Assembly: GCA_022813965.1 (NCBI GenBank) | Contig: JALDZS010000224.1 | Location: 1 to 35,416 of the forward strand | Origin: Toensbergia leucococca | Lineage: Eukaryota | Direction of reading: 5' to 3' | Length of the DNA: 35,416 bases | Shown here: one piece after another, positions 12,271 through 23,241 of the stretch | Layout: each line of letters begins with the position of its first letter | How positions within the stretch are numbered: the first letter of the stretch is position 1 | The notes under the pieces: generated by a model | What the model was told of the DNA's origin: nothing | Database searches by the model: none | What the model saw: only the letters and a program-made list of their open reading frames with translations | Made by a program: the position numbers and the translations under genes

Positions 12271-13411
12271 ATGGCCTTTGGCGATTTCGAAACCATATGT
12301 CATCAGGTCTCCCTTCCGCTATGCTCGTTGGTGGGCCCTCCGTCTCCCATTTCCGGCTCGGCGGGCATCCAGGCAAACTGCTACTCGCGGAGCATTGAGC
12401 TTGCCAATACTATCATCTTCGAGGGAGCTGCAGATTTCATGCACATACTGGCATTGGGCATGACGGCTATCATGATCATACACGTGCGCTCCAAGTTTAC
12501 GGCTGTCGGTAAGAGCAAACCGCCAGCTGCTGCAGCTCCTGCGGCTCTGAGAAAATTTCCCTAACTCGCATGTTTCTAAAAATAGGTCGCAAAGAAATCA
12601 CGACTTTCTTCTACATTTACATGATGCTGACAATGACTTCACTGATCCTGGACTCGGGGGTCATTCCTCCAGCCTCGGGAGCCTATCCCTACTTCACGGC
12701 AGTACAGAATGGCTTCACCTCGGCGCTTTGCGTGTGTCTGCTGGTCAATGGCTTTGTGGGCTTTCAACTGTACGAAGACGGCACTAGGCAATCTGTCTGG
12801 TTACTGCGCGGATCTTCGATCGGAATGTTCATGATCTCCGGCGCAGTGTCGATTCTCACGTTCAAAGAAAAACTAGGACTCGGGCCCACAAATACTCTAG
12901 GACTGTTTGTCGTGCTTTACCTCATCAACGGCATTTGCTTACTAATTTACGTGGTCATGCAAGTCATCCTAGTCACCAATACATTGCAGGATCGATGGCC
13001 TTTAGGCGACATCGGTTTTGGTGTCTTTTTCTTTGTCATCGGTCAGGTGATACTGTACGTGTTCAGTGACACCATCTGCGACCGGATTCAGCACTATCTT
13101 AGCGGTCTGTTCTTTGCAACCATCTGCAACCTCCTGGCTGTCATGATGATTTATAAGGTATGTTTCGAGGTCTGTGGTGAGAGTCAGTACAGAGTATATT
13201 TAACCTTTGGATCCAGTACTGGGATTCGATCACAAAAGAAGACCTCGAATTCAGCGTCGGGACCAAACAAGGTAATTGGGAGGTCAAAGAACTTCTCCCT
13301 GAGGATGATCGACGAGGCACGAGCTACAACGACGGTACGAATTCGGAATATGCCAGCAGCATGTTCCATCACGAACCCCGCAATTCCAACTATGGCGGCT
13401 TTAATCTATGA
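12271..13411 (+). CDS. CHS7: Chitin synthase export chaperone Chs7, exons 12271-12508, 12586-13157, 13217-13411
   Basis: [52 protein letters not shown], multiple hydrophobic helices, and YK spliced to [14 protein letters not shown]. Stop TGA at 13409-13411. Confidence 0.96.
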
Positions 13412-13799
13412 AGTTTTTTTCAAGCGTCATCGTCTTTGCCCTTTCCCTTGTACGCATAGCATGAGCATGAGCATGAGCATAATTAGCGGTCCGCGGAGTT
13501 TAAATCTGACATATCCGGCTGTATTAAAAATCGTTGGAAACGCGCACAGGCGTTTTTCCGATTTTTTTCTTGGCTTCCGGGGCTTGAGGGAAAAACGGTT
13601 TTTTTTAATCATTGCATTTTGGATCATGGTTTCTGTCTTGGAAAATGCTTACCACGAACAATACCACACTCTCATGACATTTGATCAAGTTCCTCTACCT
13701 TTGCTCTGATTAATACTACACGGAGCGTCTGGATTTGATTTCTTCTAAGTAAGAGCAATACAAGGCAATGATCAATACTACACTCAGCGTCCTCTACCA

Positions 13800-14650
13800 T
13801 TTTCAATCCCCGAGTCAGAGCAGTCTACTCCACAGACAAAACAACCACACACCGAGCATTTTTCTCTTTCTCTGACAAAACCCATCGTCACATCATACGT
13901 CTCACGCCGCGAAACCTACCCATATCCCAGCAACACAACTTTCTCGTCCCTCCATCTATCGAAACATGTCCTGGGAGGGAGGGGAGAGGTGTGAGTGGTG
14001 ATTGGGCCAGGAAACCCTTCGTTAATAAAATGCTGCCCCCTTTTGATCTAGGATTAAGGTTCTTAAATCCAACACACAGCTCAATTGAATATTCAGACTT
14101 GTGAGACTGAAAACGCAGCAGCAAGGCAATCCTATCATGCCTTGCTCGGGTAAACGCCATGTCTAGCATGCGACTATCTCAGTTGGTAGCCAGATACCTC
14201 TGCTTGCGGAAAATAGGCTGGTTGGACCTGTATCAAAGGTGAACTGAGCCGGAGGTCATATAGCTCAGCGATTCGAGCTGGGGCACCGCTAACCTATACC
14301 CCCCCCCAACCCATGTTCGCGCAAAATCCACCCCCCGGGCCCAGCTGACACAAAATGGCAGACGGATGAACGCATAGCTGGTATGAGGTGCTATATTTCC
14401 TCCAGCCCCATTCACATCCATTCTACCTATAAGAGCCAGCTGTGACTGAGCGAGTGAGCAGGTAGTGTTTTCTTTCCCGTTGTTTTTGGGGGATTTACTC
14501 TGAGGTCTTAGTATTAATTGACCGTTGGAAGCAAAGATTCGATATCGTTGCCATCTTGAGCTGTGCGATGCAGCGCATGAGGGTTATCAGGGCTGGGTTT
14601 TTCTGCTTCTTGGCTGGGTTTTGCTTTCGGTGGTTTTGCCCCCCTGGGTC
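13800..14650 (-). ncRNA. Large structured non-coding RNA, candidate telomerase RNA (ends approximate)
   Basis: No credible ORF. Many nested helices have mismatches that are G-U on the minus strand. An 11-bp long-range helix joins 14566-14556 to 14084-14074 and is crossed by 14123-14110/14044-14031. A telomere-like segment CCCUGAUAACCCU lies at 14592-14580. Manual folding only. Confidence 0.5.
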
Positions 14651-15868
14651 GGGTCATTCCATCTACAATGATTTGGCTTCGTCATTCATCTCCGAGATCA
14701 TCCTCCGGCTCTGGGTATGAAATAGCCCATGTGAGCAGATGTCTGAGTGTGTTTCTTCACACTACCACTACCCTACTTTATCAACCCCCCAATCTTTTCA
14801 ACACACTCCTTCAACGATATCAGTCCCAGCTTCATAAAAAAAACTATCATAGTTCATCCGAAGAGGGGTCGGAGTATGTTATACATAATTCATATCTTTT
14901 CATAGATTGATTACTACTAACATCTCGTAAGCGCTTCAAACCTCTTTTTTTTAGAAGGTTGGGTTGTGATGTCAAGAATCTTATATATCTTGTTTCTTAC
15001 TTACTTGATCTCTGCTCTCGTGAAAATTGAGATTTTTTGGTTGAAATGTCAGTTCTAAACAAACCCGCATTTTCCTCATTCTTTTTCATATTTTCTCACA
15101 CAATTTCACAAACTACATCCAAAAAACCAACCAATGAATCAGAAAAAACCCCCATAAATTTCATTTTCAACCAAACCACTTCCCTCTTACCCTCCCCCCC
15201 AACTCACCCCCCCTTCTTCAAAAAAAAAAAAAAAAAAAAAAAAACTCTCTACAAACTACTCTCAGTGAATTTGACAAAAAAAAAAGCGAGGGGTGAGGGA
15301 GGTGAACGGAGACAGAAAAAACCCAAGGGGTGTTTTCAACCAAGGAAAAAAAGAAAAAATAACCAGATCTCTTATACAACTGTGACTATTTGAACAATCT
15401 CAAGACCCCTTTAAAACAAACCCCAGCAATTGAATTTAGACATTCTACTATAAGTAAAAAAAAACATTAGTAGAAAATAATCAAAAAAGTCCCTCACGCG
15501 CGTCCAAAAAAGGGGTGAGCATATAAGCTAACCTAACCTAACCTCCTCATTGAATTAATCAAAAAGGGGGATAGTCGGAAATATCAGGAGCCATAAAAAT
15601 TATAACATTCATGAAAACACATGTATAGCTAGGTATTTGACAAAAAAAACTTGGCTTCAAGTTACCTTTCAACCGCTTACATAGAGAAAAAAAAACAGAT
15701 CCTAGCTAGAAGTAAGGCGCATCTAAATCGGGAAAAGACAAACAAAAAAAAAAGCCAACAACCTCACACCCCCACCAAACCAGATTCCCTCCGTTTTCGC
15801 CCCTCCAAACCCAATCCCAATCCGTCTTCCAATATATACGCCCCTTCCCACCAAAAGACCCCGTAACA

Positions 15869-18800
15869 CTACGAAAACCCCATCCCCCCTAGATCATACC
15901 CCTCCCCAACCCTATACGGTTCATTAACCAGACGTCCCAATACATCCAAATTACTGTGGATTTCTGGACCGAAGCTGCCGTCCCATTGGTCCAAGCTTCC
16001 GTTCATGCCTTGTGTGGCATCAAGGAGGGGATTGAGGTCTAGGGTCAGCCAGTCGGAGCTCGGAATGAGGGTAGAGCTGGTGGTGTTGGTGGTGTTGGTG
16101 GTGGTGGGAGAGTAAAAGTGGTGTTGTTGGGGTGAAGAGTGAGGGGGGAGGAAGAGGTCGTAGGGTTGGGGTTCTAGGTTTTCCGGGTTAAAGGCGTAAT
16201 CGGTTGAGGTGAACAGGTAGTCTGGCGGAGGCATGATGGTGATGGTGTTGTCGGTCGCGACTCCTATCACGGGATTATCGTTGTTTGAGAAATTGTTCCC
16301 GAACGTGTTGGCCATAGCAGGGAGGGGGAGGTTGAATGATGACGCCTCCGCCTCTCGACGCTTGATACGAGCCTCGTCGAGATATTTCTGGTACTCAGGT
16401 TGGCGTTTTCGTGGCGAGGCATTTGCTTTTTGCGGGTTGATGCTTGAGCGGGCTACAAGGCGTACAAATTTGTGGCGGATGCTGGAGGTGAGACCTTTAA
16501 GGAGATCGGCAATACGAAGGCAGAGGTGCACATCGTCAACGACGCTGGTGCGTAGAGCTCTGGCTGTTTCGTCGAGTAGGCGGAGGGAAATTGCGACGTC
16601 CTCTTCTTTGCCGCCGAGGGCGAAGGTCTGGGAAATTGGTTGGTAATGTTGGCTATTGTCGAATTGATGAGGAACTGACTTACCTTGAGGAGAAACATTG
16701 CGCCTGAGAGAATACGAAAGTAGGTCCTAACAGGAGCGTGTTTTAGGTAGTCATTTGGGAAGAGATCGTTCACCACGTATCGCAACAAACTTCTCGAGCC
16801 ATCGACGACCTCTCTAATATAGCACTCATTCTTCTTGTAAATTTCAACCAGCGACGAAGAAAGTATCACGCCCGGAAACTTTATATTTTGGTCGGGGGCA
16901 TTGTTGGGGTTGTTGTGCATATCAGCGCCAACTTTGGTTGTCCATTGCTCAAGAACAGCCTGTAGAGCAAGCGAGTTTGTGTATATGCCTGAAGATGATT
17001 AGAAAGATTGAAGCTCCAGATCGATCGACGTATGACTCACGCATGTATTCAAACTCGATGGATAATACAATCCTGGAATACTTCGGCACTGTCTTGATCA
17101 GTCGACGTTCACTCAGATCAGCGGAATAAAAGTCACCATCTAGACTTTCGAAATTCTTCTGCCAAGAACGCAGTACGGGCTGAAGTTGATCGAGTAGTTC
17201 AGTGTACTCCCCGCTTTGGATCAGCTTTCTAGTTTTCTCCCTGGAGAAGAACAATTGCGAATTGCCAGCCTTCATGATGGATGTAACCTCAGCCCAGCAT
17301 CGTTGTATTGTTTCTACCATGTTCTGAGGTGTCACTATGTCTTCTGTATGGCGTGTAAGCGTAATCGGCCATGTACATGTGTCATAGCTTACCTGTCAAG
17401 AATGCCTGTTCGTAATTCGTGAAGTTTTCAGTAATACCGACATGTCCAGGAAGCATACTGGGAAATCCAAGCCTACCGCTCGTTTGGGTGACGTAAATGT
17501 AAAGGAGGCGCTCAACGCGAACTGCTCGTCGACGATATGCCAATGACCCGCTCGCCTGAGCAAAATCGCCATTCAAGGAATCTGTCTCATCATCAAAGTT
17601 ACCAAATATACCGAGCTCGCATGCCAAAGTGTATGAGGCTCCGGCTAAGCTCCAGCACATCCGGTCTGAGCGTAGTGCTGGTTCCGTCCATCCAGCCATT
17701 ATCGTACGTCCTTTTCCGGATTGTAGAGTCTCGTTTGGGAGTGTGGAGACTACAATTTGTTCTTCTTCTAACGGAACCAGAATCTCATCACCATCATCTC
17801 CCGGTGGGAAATGCATCGATCGAGGATGCCAATCACTGAGGAGCAAGAGGCTACGTGATATTCGTTAAGCGTTGGGTTCAAAGTAACACCTGTTTAGAAC
17901 ATAGTAATCATACCTTTCTATCGTTCCTAGAGTTCGGAGTCTGCCCCTACCTCCCTTACGATTCCCAGCTCCACAGAAACCGCCACCAAACTGCTCTTGA
18001 CCCCAGAACATTCGAGTAATCATGTTCTGCAAATAAGTCCATAATCTCTCGTGTATCAAAAAGGATCGAGACTGGCCACCGGGACCTGACAGCTTTTTAT
18101 AACGAGCAGCAATTGTTAAGATGGTGACCGTAAGCATCGGCTCCTCCTCAGTGAGAGTGCTTTGCTTAGCCGGTAGCTGAAAGTCTGGCAAAGATACTGG
18201 ACTAAGAGGCGCAAGATATTCGAAAAAGCTTGCCCATCTCATCAGCTAGCTTTCGCAAATATTCTGAAGGCAAAGACATACTAGTCTACGTATGACATTG
18301 CTTCTGCCGCAGTAAACCAGCCGGCTCGAACAAAGCGTAGGCGAGACCATGTTTTGAGAGCATCTTGAACGTGCGTCGGACTATTGCTGCTATTTGTATC
18401 GTGTGAAATGGCGGGGTCTATGTTATCGGTCTGGGTCTGGTGCTTCGCGGTATCTCTTGTTCCAGACTGTGGAGCAGTGTAGTTGCTTCTTGACACTAGA
18501 ATCCCCTCATGATCGGGGTTCCCCTGCTGTCCTCGAAATGTAAGATCTTCACTCCGGCCAGAGGCTTCAAGCAGTAAATGTAGTGCATCCCCAGGATTAT
18601 TGATAGGACTCTGAAACAAGGCTGCAGCGGTCTCGTTGGTGACTTCTTGGTCTTGAACACTTCCTTCAGAAGCTACAGTCGAATCTCTAAAACGGGCTCT
18701 CGAGGTCGGAAATGTTCCATTTTCGGCCAAGCTATACCCCCGGGAGGACTGGGTGGCGGACGGGGGATTGGAAATGGTCGCTTCCTGGACGTAAGAGAGA

Positions 18801-19219
18801 ATAGCCTTTTGGCTTCCAGGCGATATACTGTTGGTAGTCGTTATCTTCCTCCTCTGATTGCGTGCCGCGTAATCATCATCGATGTCCTCCGCCCCTCCCT
18901 CGGCGTCTTCCTCGCCCTTTCGTTTCCTCCTGGTGGCAGAGAAATAGCACTCCTTGCTCTCGCGGCGACACCTGACGCACGGGGGCTCATGGGGATCATC
19001 GACGGGGCCTAGATCGCAGCGGACTTTTCTGCGGCGGCAAGGTATCTAGACCAAGGCAGGTAAGCTGGAGGCGGAGGGTATCGGAGTGGGGCCATGGACG
19101 ATGTCGATACCTACACAGGCTTGATATGTGCGCTTATGAGAGGGCACTGAGAGGTTGTCAGAGGTGTCAGAGCGTATCAAGAAGCTCGGAGAAGTGCCAC
19201 TTGCAGATGCAGAGGCCAT
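15869..19219 (-). CDS. ARO80: Zn(II)2Cys6 transcription factor, Aro80-like, multi-exon
   Basis: KRTYQAC spliced (intron 19114-19046) to [35 protein letters not shown] closely resembles the Aro80 zinc cluster. Downstream exons contain [23 protein letters not shown] and [13 protein letters not shown]. Some internal splice sites were not resolved exactly. Confidence 0.88.
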
Positions 19220-19286
19220 GACTCGCAACACCAACGATGAAAGGTTGGTGTCGGTTAGTCGCGGTGTTTGGACTTCAACCCTCGAA

Positions 19287-19302
19287 TACGGAGTACGGAG
19301 TA
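19287..19302. promoter_or_regulatory. Overlapping tandem TACGGAGTA motif ~70 nt upstream of the ARO80 ATG
   Basis: tacggagtacggagta. The same 9-mer also occurs upstream of ARG4 (512-520, reverse complement) and MRPL35 (8412-8420). Confidence 0.4.
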
Positions 19303-19859
19303 GATAGCGAGGTGGTCTCCAGCCTGCAGGATCACCCCCACCTGAATATCACCACGAGTGCAGTCCAATCAACGCATGTCATCGGGAAATGTGTCCGTTG
19401 GATGCACTTTTCATGTACATGTCACACCTGCATGCATGCATGAATATATGATATCTGATATTTGATATGCTGAAGGATACAGGCCTTGCTCAGCTAGGGC
19501 AGCAATACGAGTACATGACAAACTGCAGGACATGCCCCTGCTCATAGCGCTTCGGAATGTATGGAGCCGTGCTATATCACAAACGACGTGGGGAAAACAT
19601 GATATCGTGTCGGCAATACGTGAATCTTCAACGCTTGCGACAGCAATTGACCATTATGCATTCCATCGGCCCATCGGGGGAAAGGAAAGAGGAAAAGCTA
19701 GAAGCGACTTCATACTGGGAGAGAGAGAGCGAAGCATTGACAATGCAGTCGCCGGAAAACCTGTGACCGTGCGCCTCAACCGATTGTGAGAACTCCAAGC
19801 CACCCATAGCAAACGCTGTACGTACGCCTCTGTTGAGGATTTGGTTGTCTTATCTGCAT

Positions 19860-22800
19860 TCAATTAATCTCTGACCGAGGCACCGCTTTGGATTTCCTGG
19901 CGAGCCATTCAACCAACATTCCGTCTAGTCGATTAGATAACTCCCCTAGTCTACGATTTTCTTCCTTGAAGAGCTTCCCCACGAATGGATGGTCTGGTCC
20001 TACGGGCTTGACATCCGACTTGTCATGTACGACGACTAGCAGATCTCGAATATCGCTGTCATCTTCAAGATATGTCCGTAAGCTGGCATCACTCCACGTT
20101 GGCGTCATGCTTGATGACTGGGCTGTTGAGGCCGGAGTATCCTCATCGCGTGCATGAGATTCTTGCGGCGCTTCAATGAGTTCGACTGATGAAGCAGGCG
20201 AGACAGGGGAGACGGAACGGTCTTCCTGAGAAGATGTGTCAATCATCAGCGCGGGTGGATGTTGTGCATGCGATGAATCTTGTAATGCGATCTGTACAGG
20301 AGACTCGGACAAACGTTCCTTGACATCGTCTCTGTGGGCCGCCAACGTAGGTTCCTCTTCCCGGTCCTCCATTGGGTCAGAAGGCTCCTCCTCGTCAGGC
20401 GAAGAATCGAAGTCATCCATTGCAACTCGTTGCTTAGCTTGCTTGACCTTTTCCGGTTTTGGTTCGGATGATGAGGGCGAGGATCGAAGAACGTCTCTAA
20501 TAGGAGAAAACATCCCGCGTCTTGTATCTTTGGGTGAATCAGCCTGAGCCGGTGGTTGTTTTGTGAGTTCGAGAGATTTATCACGTGCTAATGACGGTGT
20601 GTCTTCGCTCACAACTCCCGATACTGATGGCACTGTCAACTGAGGCCCTTGAGCCCCTAATGCAGCAGGCTCTTCGTTGACAAACTGGTCTACGGCTTTG
20701 GTCTGCGGCTCGACAGGATTCGTTTTCTGTGTTGTTCCTTCTCGAGACTGTGATGGCTTGACGAGGGTTGCGACTTTGGCTGGCTGGTTTTTTTGGAGCT
20801 TACTGGTTTGCCTTTGTGGCTGGGCTAGCGTTGACGATTTTTGAGCTTGGTTGTCTAGATTGGGGTTGTCCAGGGACTCTTTTGAGGAAGGGGATTGTCT
20901 GGAAAGCTCTCCTGACACTTTCTCACCATCCTCAGCCTCTTCATCCTGGCCTTTACTCTTTCTGTCTCTACGCTTGAACAAGCCGCTCAACATGCCTGGC
21001 TTTCTTTCCTTACGCTTCCTATCATCCTTGACCTTTTCTGGTGGGGACACTACCTTTTCAAGTTTGTCAAAGCTCCCTCTTGGTTTGAGCTACGCATAGA
21101 TTTAGTGCTAGAGTATACTTAGATAGCTCACAGAGACACATACCTCCTTCGGCTCAATAGGCTTTGCCACGGAGCTATTTGAATCGTCTCGCAATAGACT
21201 CGGAGTCAAATTGATCTTACGGGTTTCCACATTTTCATCTTTAAAAAACGAGTCTGTATTGCGGACCGTGCCTTTCCTTGACTTGTCGGAAATATCATCA
21301 CCTGAAATTGTCAACACGATCTACCCTTGGTGCTGTCGAAGCTTCTTACCTGAGCGTTCAGGACTCTCTTCACTAGACCTTAGCTTGTCTGAAATTGTGA
21401 TTTGATCTTTGTCAATTTCTCGATTCTCTGCTTCTGCGCCAGAAGCTACATTCGTCTTGTTTTCCTTCCCTTGTCCCCTCACCTGGATTGGGTCAACTGT
21501 TACGATCTGGTCTTGCTGATTTTGTTCGCCTTGGCCCTGCTCCTTCGGTTCGTCTCCTTCTTCTTCCTCTTGACCAAAATACTCCCCTTCAACCTCTTCT
21601 TCGTCGGTGGAATACTCCACGTCCGAAGCTTCCACATATGTGGGTGCCGCGAACTGTACGGTCTTGGCGTTTCGACGCCACATGGCTTTCTTTAAAGGGT
21701 TCTTCGACTTTTCCGGGTTGTCTCCTAGCATCGTCTGTGATAACTATAGGCTACCTTTAGTGTCTACGAAGTCATAGTTTAGAATGTTATTGTGCAAACT
21801 TACGTCAATATTCCTATGTTTGTTGAGTCTAGCAAGTCGCTCAGTGGGTGTCTCGATGTGTTCCGCAGGCAAATAGCCTAGAAAACTTATATCAGAGAGT
21901 TCGGCGCAGAGCAAAGAACATAGCTTACCAATACTGCTATCCTTGACAACCCGTACAAGCCACCAGTAGCTATTACTGTCGTCCAACAATACCATCGTAT
22001 CGCCTTTCGTGGCATTCGCTTGCCCTTCGACAGTTGCAACAAACGTGTGCAATGCATATACGAATTCGAAGTCAATGTCCTCTAATTCGCGTAAGCATTC
22101 TCCGCCCCAGCCTGAGTCGACAAAGCGGGTATCATCAGAAAAGGAAATGTCTTCGGTATCATCATCATTTCCATTAGGTAGCCTGTCCTCCCAAGAATCT
22201 CTCGATGTGGGAGAAGATGAACCAGAAGATGATTGATCCAAGAGTGCGTCGTCAAAACTGTTATCCAGAAGAGGGTCGTCAGCTGGCAAGAGGAGGCGGT
22301 CTAGATTGTTCTCCTCGTAATCGGCATCGTAGGAATCCTGTAAATCATTGAAGTCCTCACTGAAGTTTCCGGCTCCGTTCTCGCTGCCTTTGGTGGTTCG
22401 GTAGTCCTGATCCACGTCTCGGGCAACGTCATCAATTTTCGGCGGAAGCTCGTCATCGTTGTTCGGTGGAAGCTCGTCATCGTTGTTCGGTGGAAGCTCG
22501 TCATCTAGGTTCCCAGTATACCCACCTTGCTGATGATGATCCTCTGACTTGGCTGAGAGTGTATCGTGCTCTTTCTGGAGATGTGCAAGAGGAAAATGAG
22601 GGGGTGTCGAAATGAAAGGTGAAGAAGAAAGAGTTTGCGGAGAAGATGGCGCTTTTTCTGCTAATGCAGGGGTCGAAAAAAGGGAATCGCCCCTGCTGGG
22701 CCAGGGTAATGGTAAAAGACACCCACCATCATCTATTGAGGGAGAGCTGGAGATCTTGTCCATCATATCATCCTCTAAATTGTCATCTCCGTCAACGTCG

Positions 22801-23241
22801 CCCATATCTTCATCTTGACTAGCTGTGCCTGCGGGTCTTCCATTTCGTTGCAGATTTGATTCGTGACTAGCACCATCTCCGTCATTGGGATTGTGAGAGG
22901 TCGGCTCTTCATGAAGGAGTTGTAGCTCTTTGTTGGAGAGATCTTGTGAGACTCGTGGACTTCGCGGGTGATGCTCGTATCCTTCTTGCTCGGCATTCTT
23001 GAGAGCAACGGCTTGATGGGGGGCCGGAGGACCATCGCCCAAAGCGGCCGGGTGGGTGGGCTGGCGTGTATGGTCTTTTGCAGAAGGAGATTCGTGATCC
23101 TGGAGATCGTGTGTGTCTAACCTGGAGTGTCAACATGGCCCTCCGACTTGTACTGGTACCAAGGCTGTGACAATGTCTGCCTCTTATTTGGCGGGTGCCG
23201 GATTTAGTCTTACCTGCTCGTATTATGTGAGGGCGTGTCAT
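19860..23241 (-). CDS. tea4: SH3-domain cell-end polarity protein of the Tea4/TeaC/Bud14 family, multi-exon
   Basis: SH3 domain EDIDFEFVYALHTFVATVEGQANATKGDTMVLLDDSNSYWWLV..GYLPAEHIETPTERLARLNKHRN, a PP1-docking-like KTVQF motif, and C-terminal WSDASLRTYL..DIRDLL. ATG at 23241 (MTRPHIIRA) is followed by a GTAAG donor. Confidence 0.88.
22444..22505. repeat. 24-bp perfect tandem repeat (about 2.6 copies) in coding sequence
   Basis: ggaagctcgtcatcgttgttcggt twice plus a 14-nt partial copy; encodes DDELPPNN repeats on the minus strand. Confidence 0.95.

Noticed and set aside
13158..13709. 379-aa ORF extending CHS7 to 13709
   Set aside because: It reads through intron 13158-13216. The conserved YWDSIT ending is in another frame and stops at 13411.
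13712..13783. Two copies of aatactacac (GUGUAGUAU on minus, as in the U2 snRNA branch-recognition region)
   Set aside because: The flanking U2 sequence and Sm site are absent.
14486..14502. ggggatttactct resembling RNase MRP/P CR-V on the plus strand
   Set aside because: No matching CR-I/P4 partner was found, and the wobble pairs mostly favour the opposite strand.
15528..15544. (CTAAC)3 telomere-like run
   Set aside because: Only three units within low-complexity intergenic DNA; a microsatellite.
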